Assembly: GCF_009914755.1 (NCBI RefSeq)
Contig: NC_060933.1
DNA: 64,000 nt
Origin: the human T2T-CHM13v2.0 reference genome, Homo sapiens
Reading direction: 5' to 3' (one strand)
Positions 40,846-64,000 of the stretch are shown one piece after another; the stretch's first letter is position 1, and the number at the start of each line of letters is the position of its first letter. The position numbers and the translations under genes are program-made. The notes beneath the pieces are model-generated. The model searched no databases, was not told the origin of the DNA, and worked only from the letters and a program-made list of their open reading frames with translations.

Positions 40846-41840
40846 AGACTTTATTTTTTTAGAGCAGTTTTAGATTCACAGCAAAGTTGAGTGGAAAGTG
40901 CAGAGATTCCCCATCTATCTCCTGTCCCCACCTCCACCCCCACCATCCCCCACCAGAGTGTTACATTCGTTACAGTCAGTGAGCCTACAGTGACATACCA
41001 TCATCACTCAAAGTCCATAGTGTACATTGGGGTTCCCTCTTGGTGTTGTTCATTCTGTGGGGTTAGAGAAATGCATAATGACACGGATCCACCACTGCAG
41101 TATCACCCAGAGTGGCTTCACTGCCCTAACAGTCCCCCGGGTTCTGCCTCTTCATCCGTCCCTCCTGCAGCCCTGCAACCACTGACCCTTTTACTATCTC
41201 CAAAGATTTGCCTTTTTCAGAACGTCATGTGGTTGGAATCATACAGTATGTAGCCTCTTGAGGTTGGCTTCTTTCACTTAGTAAATATCCATGTAAGTTT
41301 CTTCCACATTTTTTCATGGTTCGATAGCTCCTTTTTTCAGTGCTGAGTAATATTCCTTTGTCTGGATGTAGCACAGTTTATCCATTCACCTACTGGAGGA
41401 CGTGTTAGTTGCTTCTAAGTTTTGGCAATTATGAACAGAGCTGCTATAAACATCCCTGGGCAGGCCTTTTTGTGGACAGAAGTTTCCACCTCATTTGGGT
41501 AGGAACCAAGGAGTGTGATGGCCAAATCGTACGGTAAAAGTATGTTTAGTTTTGTAAGAAACGGCCAAGCTGTCTTCCAAAGTGGCTGTACCATTTCGCA
41601 TTCTCGCCAGCAGTGGATGAGAGTTCCTGTTGCCCCACATCTTCGCCAGCATTTGGTTGTCAGTGTTCTGGATTCTGGGCATTCTAATAGCCGTGTGGTG
41701 GTATCTCACTGTAGTTTTAATTTGCATTTCCCCAGTGATACAAGATACGGTGTATCTTTCATATGCTTACTTGCCATCTGTCTGTCTTTTTGGTGAGGTG
41801 TCTGCTCAGGGCTTCCGTCCATTTTAAAATCAGGTTGTTT
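40846..41840 (-). mobile_element. L1MC-type 3' end including degraded ORF2 C-terminus
   Basis: agagcagttttagattcacagcaaagttgagtggaaagt; minus-strand ORF MQIKTTVRYHHTAIRM...W resembles the L1 ORF2 C-terminal segment. Confidence 0.85.
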
Positions 41841-41887
41841 ATAATTTAATCTGCTAAAGAAGTTTTCTCATGGTAGATAGTCTTTTA

Positions 41888-45195
<3,308 letters not shown>

Positions 45196-45419
45196 TTTAA
45201 AAAATACATTTTATAAAGCAAAGCTACCCTCGGTTCCCGGTTTGATAAGGGGTGGATTCCAAATAAGCAGCTGTCTTGCCGCCTTGCCAAGGGAAAGGAG
45301 CTGGGCAAATTCCTGCAGAGTCCCCACAAAGCTTCACTTTCCCCAGATGCTTGGGTGGGAGGACCCTCGCTAAGGGATCAAGGTTGCAGGTGCAGAGGGG
45401 GTCCCTGACAGAGGGAGGG

Positions 45420-46520
45420 CAAGGGAGGGGCGCCCCGGGTGAAGGTGACTTTGAGTTCCAGGTGTGTGGGCTAGCAGTTGAAGAGGGGGTGCAGCGCGGA
45501 CCCCCCTGGGGCCAGAGTCCGATAGACCAGCTGAATGGCCGCTCTGCAGCTTTCTCGCTGTGTGACCTTGGGCGACTGACCTCCCTCCCTAGTCTCGGTT
45601 ATCCCGACTGTTAAACGGGGACGGTAGCAGCAGTACCTGCCTCATAGGGTTACCGTGTGTGGAGACACGCCCATAGGCGCCCGGCCCGGCCTGGCCCTTA
45701 GCCTTGGCCTTGGCCGGAGCTGGACACGTAGGAACTGCCTTTGTCACTAATCGGGGGTTGGATTCCCTTGCACTCGGTGCCAGGATAGGAAAGAGCAGTC
45801 AGTCCTGGCTCCCACCCGGGACCTGCCTGGAGAGCGGGAGTGGAGAGGGAGGTGTCTGAGCTGGAAGGAAGGCGAGGAGGGAGCTGGCTGGGCTGCAGGG
45901 GAGCGCTGCGTCCCGCTCCCCCTCCCCTAGGCCGTGCCCCCTCCCGCCCGGCCGGGGCGCGCACCCTCGGAGCAGCTGGGCGGCGGCGGCGCGGGCAGCG
46001 CGGGGCTGGGCGCGGGATCTATTAACGTCTGTGTGTCTGGGCCGCGGGACTGCGGCGAGGCAGGCGCCAGGGGCTCGTCTGGAACCAGATGTGCCGCGGC
46101 GCCGCTCTGGCCGCCACCAGCGCGGCGCGCTCGCACGCACTGGCTGGCGCGCACATGGCCGGGCTGGGCGGCGGCGGCTGGCGCGCCGGCCCTGGCATCC
46201 CCTGGATTTCGGACCGACCCCAGACCCGCGCGTGCGGAGGGGAGACCCCCGCCCAGCAAGCCAGCTCCCCGTCCAGATGGGAAAGCCACCCACGAGACGG
46301 GTGGGGTCCGCCTCGCCCCTCGGCCCTGTCCCGGGGGAGGGAAAGATGGCTTCTCAGAAACCTGCCCCCCTGCTAGCGCCCCCGCTGTCTCCACCCCACA
46401 AAGGGCTGGGGACGCTTCCCCGCCCCCCGAAGTTTGTTTTCCTAAGTTTGTGCGTAAGATTTTTCAAAATTCTGAGTCAGAGCTTCCCCTAAGATGAGGC
46501 CTTTGGGGCATGCGAGAAAC
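45420..46520. promoter_or_regulatory. Intronic CpG island (candidate alternative promoter or enhancer)
   Basis: Repeat-free, CpG-dense stretch (cggcggcggcgcggg, gcgcggcgcgctcgcacgc) against a CpG-depleted background. Confidence 0.75.
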
Positions 46521-47719
46521 GCCAAAATGTGGGTGGGGGAGGGGAGCGTGGAGGTTGGAGGGTTTTAAGCGCCGGGATTCGGAAGGGGGCTTTTCACCCA
46601 CTGGGTGAGTACAAGGGCTTCATTGAGGCCGGTCCCAGCTCCGCACCAAATCTGTCTTAACCACAAGGTGGTCCCTGGTCCTGGCTGCTGTCAGCACCGA
46701 GCCTTCCCGTCCCCAGGCAGCTTCGGGGTGCTCTGCCTTTCTGGACCAGCCCCTTCAGCTCTCTGGGCCCCCTCGCAGGGCCTATAAAGTGAGCAGTGGA
46801 GCTGGGAGCTCCCAGCAGGGGAGCTTAGGAGAAATGGGTGGTTGGATGGGGCGGGGGGGGGGGGGGGCGGGGGCACTTAGGCTCTGTCTCCATGGTTCTC
46901 CACCAAAAGGAAGCGTAAGACCAGGCGGTGGTGCTGCCAGGCCGGGCTGGGCCAGGCCAACCCAGTCTGGCTGCAGAGAAGAGGGCTTGCCCAGGGCTTG
47001 GGACTCAGCAGTTCCCCGAGTTCCCCCTGGTGTGCAGCCCTTCCCCATGATCGGGAGGAGGGTGTTTGGTGAAACACACGTGGCAAGAGCGGGTTTTTCC
47101 CGCCACGCCTGCCTTCCTTGTTCCGGAAAAGGGGAGCTGGGATGCTGGGTAGGGTGGGGGTGTCAGCCATGCACATCAACTCAGAGACTAATCCCTGCTA
47201 GGCGCGTGTGGGCAGAGGTTGAGACAACCCAGACTGGGCAGCCAAGGCTTTGGCCATTTGTCAGTACTGGGTGGACGCCCCCTCACGTCACTACCTCACG
47301 TCACTACCATCCCATCTGAGGCCCTATGGGCCCACTTCACAGGGAAACAGGCCCAGAGAGGAGCGGTCACAGGCTCAAAGTCACAGAGCTGGGATGTGGA
47401 GAAGGTAGGATTCCCACCCTGCCTGCTGGACTCCAGAGATGAAACCTTGGGCTTGGGATCAAATCTTCCTGGTGTCTGGAGGCTCAGGAAACAAGGTGGT
47501 TCGTTCCTAAACTCTAGGAAGTAGAGGGAGGATGCTGGCCCAGCTGGAGGGCCATCAGGATAGCCTGACTGTCCCTTCCCTCCCAGGGCATGCTGGAGGC
47601 CCTTCCCCACAGGAAGGCCGCTGTGCCTGTTCCTCTGACTATGAGCACCAGCAAAGCCAGGCTGAAGCATTTCCCTGTGGGAGGTGATTTCCCTAGCCCA
47701 TGCTCTGGCCTGTCAATTA

Positions 47720-49515
<1,796 letters not shown>

Positions 49516-50083
49516 AGTACGCCACCTTTTGTGGGCTGGCCTGTTCTGACCAACTTGGTAGCAAAAAGGTTCCTTCTGGAGAGGAGAGCGCTGTTGGAAG
49601 AACTTATGTGAAGGATTTGGGGTCTTGAAATCCAGCAGAAGGACAAAGAAATGAGACATTTTTCACAGTGTTTACAATAGAGGAAAATCGCAAGAGACCT
49701 AAATATCCCACAAGAGGGGAAGGGCTGTGAGGCCGTTTTGGCATCCCCACTAGGGGAAGTGATGCAGCCGCTCACACTAACGTGAGGAAGAAGATAGGAA
49801 ACAGAGCAGAGGGTTTAGGATGGAGCTTGAGGGACCATCGTTCACTGTGTGTCGCTCACAGCGGGAAGCAGTCTACCTGCACCATCACATTGACTTCGCT
49901 TCATAAAATGGTGAGGTCATGGCAGTCACCAACGCGATAGCTGATGTTACTTGACCACTAACTGGGTGCCAGGTATTGTCGAGGCACTTTAGGTGTTGCT
50001 GTTCCCACTTACAGTGGGGACACTGAGTCTCACAGAGCTCACAGAGCTGGCATGGAAAGCCAGAACCAGAATGCAGCTATTTC

Positions 50084-50218
50084 CAGGAAAGCGGGATATG
50101 GTTGGGCAGGTTGTCCACTGCATAACTGCAGGGGACACCAGTCACACTGGAGTCTGTGGGAATGGCACCCCTGAAGTTGTACAGTGCACAGCCTGTGCAA
50201 CCATACGCAGCATCCCTG
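50084..50218. mobile_element. Palindromic MITE, MER91-like
   Basis: tatggttgggcaggttgtccactgcataact pairs imperfectly with agttgtacagtgcacagcctgtgcaaccata; CAGG...CCTG ends. Confidence 0.6.
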
Positions 50219-50414
50219 GGTGTGTCTGATCACAATCCTAGGCTCTTAATCCATGCCCCATCCAAAACAGAAAATGATATTCATGCACACTGTAAATGGA
50301 GTCATGTGATAGCTAGATACATGTGGACATGCAACAAAAAGTATGCAAAGAATTAAACAGATATGCTGTTGTCGTGGGATTTGTAGGAGATTTTTTTCCT
50401 TTCAAATGTCCTTA

Positions 50415-51220
<806 letters not shown>

Positions 51221-51956
51221 AGAGTGTGGACTGGTGTCTTTCAGTCTGAGCCATGTCATTCCCAGATGTCTGCTCTGAAGCTTGTGGTTCCTGAACTTGC
51301 GGGTGAGGGAGTGTCTACTGCAGATTCCCAGCTGGACCCTTGAGATGGGAGTGTCTGGCTTTAACAAGCTTCCCGGGGAATTCCCAGGCAAATTGTCAGT
51401 GGACTCCCTTTTAAGAAATGCGGAAGATGTGGTGCCAGCCTCTTCACGTGGCAAAGTGTGGCAAGGGGGGCGGGGCAGCTCCCAGAGCTGTGGCTGAAAT
51501 CACCAGAACAGCTGCCCTCAGAGGCTAGCAAGGGGGTCGTTGAGGAATAGAGTCCTGTGTGCTGCCCTTCAAAGTGTAAACACAGCATGTCGTGGGGACC
51601 ACAGGGAGGTGGACTAGGACCTACTGTAATGGAGAATTTTCTAGAGCCAGGGTTGGCTGTTGTGTGAGGATGTGATTGGAAACATGCTGGAGATGTCGAA
51701 GATGGCCCCGTGCCCAGACTCTGAGCATGCACCCCACTGGTGAGGCTGTCCTGGGTGGGGCACAGCAGCTGGTGGGTACCTGGTGGAGGCTGAGACATAG
51801 CAGGGGAGCCAGGTGGGTGGGTGTGGGCCGAGCATTCCGACTTGTTCGGGTAGAGAGGGGTGGCCAATTAAGCCGCAGGAGTCTGAACGGTCTCTGCGCC
51901 TGGCCACCAGCACTTGCCCTGGCTTCCCTGCAGGTCCTGGCTGCAGACTATGAGCA

Positions 51957-52073
51957 GCCCAGGAGCTCTTAAATGGGGAAGAGCTCATTTCCCACATGGG
52001 ACCCTTAGCAGCAACTTCGCCTGGTCTGGAAATGGTTAACTTTTCCAAGGGCAGCTTTCATCCAGATACCAGC
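51957..52073. repeat. Diverged direct repeat, copy 1
   Basis: Shares ordered blocks GCCCAGGAGCTCTTAAATGGG, TGGTCTGGAAA, GTTAAC, GGGCAGCTTTC and GATACCAGC with 53477-53585. Confidence 0.85.
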
Positions 52074-53476
52074 CACTTTGGGGACAGAGTCTGGACATAA
52101 ATCACCCCTGATCACTGGCAGTGGTACCTGGGTTTGGTACTTTACCTCTCTGAATCTCATTGCCCCTGACTGTGAACAGGGCTTAATAACAGTACCCTCT
52201 GCATTGTACGACGCAGGGCTCCATAACCCAGTGCCAGGCGCATAATAAAGTGGGTTAAATGGAAACCAAAAAAGAAAAAAAATTAAGGGTGTGGAAGAAG
52301 TCCTTCTCGCCTCACCACAGTCCCATGCTGCGGTGAGGGGCGCGGCAGAAACACTCAGGACGCCATTGGAGCTTTGCCGAGCGAGGCTCAGACTCACATT
52401 TTCCAGCACTGCCCGGAACTCACAAATGGGTCATAGAAACCTCCAGCGATGTTTAAAGTTGAGCCTCTCTGGGAATGCAGCACTGCCCAGAGCCAGGGGC
52501 ACGGCAGGTCCCGTCAGCCTCGCAGGCACTGCCCTTGTCTGGGCTGCTCGCCATGAAGGGCTGGCCAGGGGACCCCAAGAGGGGGCAGAGGGGCAGGTTC
52601 TTCCAGGACAGAGAGAACTGACTTTCCATGGAGCTGGTGCTTTAGGGTGGGGTCTGTGGACAGGATTCAAAGTGTGTGAACCACCTCTCCGTACAACATT
52701 GCATGCAAACTTTTCTGCACGCCTGTGTTTTTCTAGGGAATGGTTCGTAGAGTTCCTCAGAGTTCTCAAGGGGGGTTCATGATTAAAGTGGGGAAGAACC
52801 ACCAGGCCAGGCCTAGCCTTCATATGGGATGAATAATAGTGGGGTTAGCAGTCATTTCTGGAGCACCACGTTAAGCATGTCCTTGGGAGAGCCCTGGGCC
52901 ACGCCATCCTCACTGAGCCACCTGAGAGGGAGGGAGAGATACTGTTTTGTCCCAATACAGATGGTGAAACCAAGAATCCAAGAGGAGAGACCTCTTGTCT
53001 GAGGACACACGGGGGCAATTTTTCTCATTCTCAGATGCTCAGGGCAGGCAGGCGTTTGCTATCTGGGTGGGCTGCTGGTAGCCCCCCTAACCCAATTGCT
53101 GGGTTGGGAATATTCTCTCCTGCATCCTCCCAGGAAACCCGGGAACAGAGATGGGAGCAGGAAGGAAGCGCATGTGTGTCTGCAGGCAGCACATCTCAGC
53201 AGACAGAACTTGGGGTTCCACTGCCTTGCTGTGAGTGCGTGGCCGAGTCACTGCCCCTCCAGGCCTCAGTTTTCCTATCAGCAAAATGAGGGGTCTTGAC
53301 AGATGACCTCTAAAGTCCCTTCAGACCCTGAGTCCTCGAGACGACAAGAATGACAGGTTTGAGACCGCAGAGCTGTTTGCAGGTTTGTTGCAAAACCAAG
53401 CCACACGAAGTCAACATCTTTGTGCCTGGGCCCCAGCCCTCACCCCAAGTTCCCAACTGGCTCTGGGCTTTAGGAG

Positions 53477-53585
53477 GCCCAGGAGCTCTTAAATGGGAGA
53501 GAAAAACCCACCTTGGGCCCTGAGCAGAAAACTTCATCGTGGTCTGGAAACAGTTAACGAGGGCAGCTTTCCTCCCGATACCAGC
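53477..53585. repeat. Diverged direct repeat, copy 2
   Basis: Same ordered blocks as 51957-52073. Confidence 0.85.
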
Positions 53586-53906
53586 GCCTTATTAAAATGT
53601 AGGCTTTACAATAAACCTGGCATTTGGCCATCAACCTTAGATTAAAACCAGACGGGACAGACATGAACCCCTCTCTTAGACCAAATTTCGAGCAGAGGGC
53701 TGCTCCCCTTCCTCCTGGGTGACTCCCTGCCTCCCACCCACCCCGCACCCCATTCCAACAGGTGCCCCCCTCTCTAGAGCTTAGTTTTGGGGTCTCAGGA
53801 ATAGAGAGACTGAGCTGGACTTGGGACCCCCAGCTCCTAGTGCAGAGGGAGGTAGTCAGGCACCAAAACGCAGGGGCTGAGGGATATGAGGGGAGGCTCC
53901 TGCTAG

Positions 53907-54251
<345 letters not shown>

Positions 54252-54390
54252 CTGAAGACTCCTTTTCTCAAGGATCCTGGGCTCAGAAGAACTTTTGGCC
54301 TCACCTGTCCCCAACCCTGGCTCCCCGCTACCGTTAGCCTGCTGCTGTGACCGCGCCGCATGGGGACATTCTGTGCGAGAGCCACTCCCT

Positions 54391-54474
54391 GGCTGGGCAC
54401 GGTGGCTCATGCCTGTAATCCCAGCACTTTGGGAGGCCGAGGCAGGTGGATCGCCTGAGGTCAGGAGTTCAAGA
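54391..54474 (+). mobile_element. 84-bp Alu 5' stub without poly(A), flanked by direct repeat AGAGCCACTCC
   Basis: Alu nt 1 to ~84; direct repeats at 54378-54388 and 54472-54482. Confidence 0.88.
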
Positions 54475-54689
54475 GCCACTCCTGCTGGCTCTCTCACTGA
54501 GGGTTCCCCAAAGACCCTAACCCAGAGGCCCCTGACCTCTTGGGGCCTCCCCGGCACCCCAGCCCACCTCACTCCTCACCCCCTGTCACCTCACTACCTG
54601 TGGCACCCCCAGAGACTCAGGAGATATCCTTTGCTTGCCATTCTCTCCAATCTCAATGCTTCTCTTGACACCACCTCCTTTTTCTGTGT

Positions 54690-57325
<2,636 letters not shown>

Positions 57326-57414
57326 ATCGTCTGGCCCTTTTGAAGATAAAGGGACCTGGCTTTGGAAGTTGAGACTTCAGATCCTTTTCTGGAGTGAGCC
57401 GCTCCTTCATTTAC

Positions 57415-57790
57415 ATAGTCATTCATTCAGAAATATTTTTGAAACCAAACTTCTTGCCTGGTCCTGGGGATACAGCATTGACAAGGAAAACCCAGGCCCT
57501 GCCCGTCTGGATCTTAGAGTCAAATGTGGGATAGACAGGCATGAAGCAGATAACCCAAACACGTCATTTCTCTGTTTTAGTTAATTGCAGATGTGCAGGA
57601 GAGGGAGAAGGCCTAGGAGTCCATAACAAGGAGACCTGCGCTTGTATGGGAGCCGGGAAGGCCTCTCAGGGCTGGGCATGTAGGCTGAAATCCAGGGCTG
57701 GGTCAGCTTTAGCCAGTGCGGTGGGGATGGGGGAAGGGTGCCCTAGCTAGAGGGAACAGCAGATACCAAGGCCCAGAGGTGGGAAGGTGC
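57415..57790 (-). mobile_element. L2 fragment
   Basis: cattcattcagaaatattt...; agagggaacagc...aaggcccagaggtgggaa. Confidence 0.55.
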
Positions 57791-59048
57791 TTGTGCTCCC
57801 TTCCAGGGGCAGCTCCTGCTGGGTCACTGGCCCCTCCGCTTTCTTGTGGGTCTGGTGGCCCCATGGAAATGTGTGCATGTCATGTATTTAGGGGTGAGGC
57901 TCCCGACCCCAGAGAGACCCAGATACACCGCAACTGCCTCCAAGCAGGGCTCTGCTGAGGTTTGTGGGGGACATGAGGGAACCTCCTCCAGCCTCCTCCA
58001 AACTCCAGGGTCATCCTGAGCCTGCGGAGGCCACACTAGCCACCATTCTTGCAGCCACACTGGCTACCGGCCCCCAGGGCTGGGAGCAGGTCAGAGCACG
58101 GCAGTCCCAGGTTGGGTGGCCCATGCCTCTCGCTCTTGTGTGCTGTGCCGAGGCCGGGGAAGCCATGGGATGGGGCCCCCTGGGGACCTGTCTGACTCCT
58201 CGGGCCCCACTGCGGCTTCCATCATCACCTTCCTTCCCGGGATGTGTTTCTCCTTCTCCAGGCTGGTAGCTATAAAAATGTGTCAGCGTCACGGGTTTTT
58301 GTTCAAAATTAATGAGGTGAAACATTCTTAAAAGTGTGGCAGGGCAGTGGCTGGTGGTGGCCGGCCTCCCCCAGCCTCTTCCTCACTCGGAGGACGTGTC
58401 CTCACCAGGCCTCCATGGCTCCAGGGGAGGAACCTAGACCCCTGCACAGGAGGGCGGGCTCTGCAGGCTCACCCGGCCCTTCCCATGCCTCCCCTTCACT
58501 CAACACTCAGCACTCAACACAGATTGATGAGAGGTTCCCTGTGCCAGCCCCTGTGATGCATTCCAAGGAGACAGAAAACAGTAAGTCCCAGCCCCTACTG
58601 GACCGATGACCCCACACTTACCCTACAGTATAACAGAGCTACAATGGGAGAGGCACAGGGCTTTTTGGGAGCTTAAGCCTGTGGGTCCAGGAGGGCTTCT
58701 TGGAGGAGGAGGCATCTCTGCTGAGACCTGAAAGTGAGCAAGAGAGGGAGGAGACGTTGCCAGCTCAGGCAGGGGTCCATGGTGAGAGGGCGTGGTGTGT
58801 GTGATGCAAGCAGTGACCCCAAAGAGGCAGGGACCTGGAACAGCGGCCGGGCAGCCCTGAGGCCACCTGCCCTGGCTCTGCCTACTGGAGTGGCCTAGGT
58901 GGCCCCATCCAGCAATGGTCCAGGGAGGTGAAGATGGACCTGTGCCTTGTAACTGGCACCAGAGGACCCAAGACCCTCCTTTGTGCCTTACACCTGGTCC
59001 CTGAATTTCTGGGGTTGAGGCCAGCTTGGCCTGATTGAAAGCTAGCTT

Positions 59049-60335
<1,287 letters not shown>

Positions 60336-62126
60336 TAAAGGTTCACCCACGGCACTCTGCTAGTGAGGCGGACCGGCCTGAGAGCCAGACCCGGACCGGC
60401 CACCTCCTTAACCAGTAGGCGGTACTGCCTTCCATTCCTTACTGGGGGAGGTGAGAATCCTCCCTCAAGCCTCCCTCAGGGCCACTTGTGTCCTTGCTGA
60501 TGATGCCAGGCAGTGGCTAAGGATGTGGTTTCAGAGTTCCTGTCTGAGCCCTTCTCCCAGGGGCCCTTCAAAGGAACCCAAATCTCTACCAAGAAATCTC
60601 AGGGGGAAACCGAAGCCTCCTCGGCCTCTCCACCCTACCCCACCTCCACTTCTTGCCTAAGACGTTCCAGGCTGTAAATATTTCTCCAGCTCCGAGGCTC
60701 CTCTGAGAAGGCCCAGTGTTAATTTGTTAAATCCACATCGAGGTCCCAAGGACCCGTTGTTTGTTTTTGCGATCCTGTTGGCAGAGATCACGTTGGGGGT
60801 GGTGAGGAGGGCTGCTTATTTGCTCAGAATAAATGCTAATTAATAAAAGTTATTTATTTGGGTTGGAGCTCACCGCAGCCCGGGGGTCAGGCGCAAACTG
60901 ACTATTTGAAGCAAAAACAAATAGAGTGTGTCTCTCAACAGCTTGAGAAAGGCAGGAACGAAGAGGCTGAGTTTATTTGTCTTAGGAAGAATCTGCAGTT
61001 AATTCCCTCCAGACTATTTAGACCCTTAAATTACACGGAATAAGAAAAACCATAGGCACAGGGGAGGGCGGTGGGAACACTTGATCATTTGGCTGAGAGC
61101 AGAGTTTTTAAATGCCTTTGGCCCCCAGTCAGCCAACTAAATGGTACGTGTGAAATAATTTAATGGCAGAAAACCGTGCACCAGTCATTTTTTCACTGTA
61201 ATGTAATCGGGGACGATGTCGTTTTGGTTTTAAGGAGGAGACAGCGCGAGACAGGCCTCCCCCATCTGAGCTCGTTTCTCTCCTCTGGGATCCAGGCCCC
61301 CTACAAAAGCAGCTAAACAGCCTGGTCAAAGGGAGGCGGTTTCATGCTTTGTTTCAGTCTCAGGGAAAAGCAGAACTTTTCCTGAACAAAAAGAGACTCT
61401 GGGCACGGCCCTCCTTGGAGAGTGCAGACGCAGGGTTTGCTGACCGGAGGAGAGGGCCCCCGTGAAAAGGCAGGGACCTGACGCCAGTGGCCTGAGGCTT
61501 AGAGAGTATTTATTTTATTGATTTCCTAAATGCTTTAAGCCCAAGCACGGAGTCCCCAGAGGAACACACACGCCCACCACAATGCATTTCTCAGGAGGTG
61601 ATTCAGGAACTTAGGGCAACAAATATCCGGCACATCCGCTCGGAGGCGGAGGCGAGCGCCAGAGCCCCCGGCTAAGTCCAGAGCTGTGGGTTCGAGTTCT
61701 GGTCCGCGGGGAGGTGCTGCCTGGGTCCTCCTCCCCGTCCGCGTTCCTTCCCAGCCTCAGCCCACGGCAGGGGTGCAGCCCCATCTTTCTGCTGTAGGCT
61801 GGGCTACAGGGACGAAAGGATCATGGAGAAAGGTCCTTGTCTTCTCATACAGAGCTGGCTGCACAAAAGCAATCATGTTAAGGGGAGTGAACATTTATTG
61901 AGCAATTACTATGTCCTTGGCACTGAGCTACACTCAACTCCTCACAGCAGCTTGGTGTGTCCTTCAGCAAGGTGCTATCCCACACCCTCCCAGGGGTGAG
62001 GGCTTCCTTTAGGACGAAGAGGTGACGTGAGGCTGGAGGCCTCCCACCATGGCATCTCCTGACCCCGCCCACCCATGGGATCAGAGAGCTGGGACTGAGC
62101 GTGTGACAGGCCCCCTACGCTGCTGA

Positions 62127-63356
<1,230 letters not shown>

Positions 63357-63819
63357 TTAAACACCCCCAGGTTTGAATTGCTCAGAAACTTCCCGAAAAT
63401 GTCTCCTTTTTTGGCTGAAATGCCTCCTGTGTTGGGTGTGTGCCCAAGAGGAACTGCCTGAAGGGGGGTGGAAATGACCCCTGCAATGACTGGCTTTCCA
63501 GAAACTTCCATCCCTGCTTTCAGGCTATTGATCACCACCCAGTTTTCAGCGCAAGGGCTCTTGTTTCGGTTTAAAGTTTCTTCCTCATCGAGGTGGTGGG
63601 GGTGGAAAGACATTCACAGGCAGCAGACATTCTCATCCATCCTCGCCTTTGCTTGAGGAGTGAAGAGTGAAGCGGTCCCGGCAATGAGACCAGCTCCACA
63701 GGGCCACCACGTGCTCCCTCCCCACTGCCCCCACAGCCCCCGCCTGGTCCCGTATGTTTGCAAGTATTTCCCAAAGGGGGAAACTTCTGAACATAACCTC
63801 CTAGTCATCCCTCTAAACC

Positions 63820-64000
63820 AGGGTTTCTCAACCTCAGTGCCATTGACATTTTGGACAAGATAATTCATTGACGTGGGGGCCTGTCCTGTGTCTTGAAAGA
63901 TATTTAGCAAGGCCAAGCATGGTGGCTCGTGCCTGTAATCCCAGTACTTTGGGAGGCTGAGGCAGGAGAATTGAGGTCAGGAGTTTAAGACCAGTCTTGG
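63820..64000 (+). mobile_element. MER20 5' end followed by an Alu start
   Basis: cagggtttctcaacctcagtgccattgacattttggacaagataattc is MER20-like; Alu begins at 63911. Confidence 0.8.

Noticed and set aside
41491-41727. ORF resembling a real protein (MQIKTTVRYH...)
   Set aside because: Degraded L1 ORF2 C-terminus, not a host gene.
45698-46497. ORFs over the intronic CpG island as a possible nested gene or PRRX2 exon 2
   Set aside because: No homeodomain or other recognisable sequence; explained by GC content.

Overview
Primate (almost certainly human) genomic DNA covering the 5' part of PRRX2, a paired-class homeobox gene. The window holds about 14 kb of upstream sequence, the CpG-island promoter, coding exon 1 (ATG 14461, donor GTGAGT at 14720) and about 49 kb of intron 1. 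I found no homeobox exon, so the later exons lie past the right edge. The rest is more than 50 Alus, old L1/L2/MIR fragments, MLT1 LTRs, MER DNA-transposon relics, a second intronic CpG island and several repeat-free, homeodomain-motif-rich islands. Nearly all ORFs in the track are Alu or GC-content artefacts, and I see no new protein-coding system. The notable unexplained structure is a set of short-range copy or template-switch scars: two local inverted duplications (344-538/1295-1489 and 34351-34511/36093-36250), a block-conserved direct duplication (51957/53477), a tail-less Alu carrying 32 bp copied from 2.2 kb away (56630/58860), an apparently internally primed Alu stub (54391) and a ~130 bp SVA remnant with a TSD inside an Alu (10819). 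A (GGGGCC)4 tract lies just after the exon 1 donor, in frame as poly-GP. Alignments were counted by hand, and repeat names and boundaries come from remembered consensus sequences, so both are approximate.
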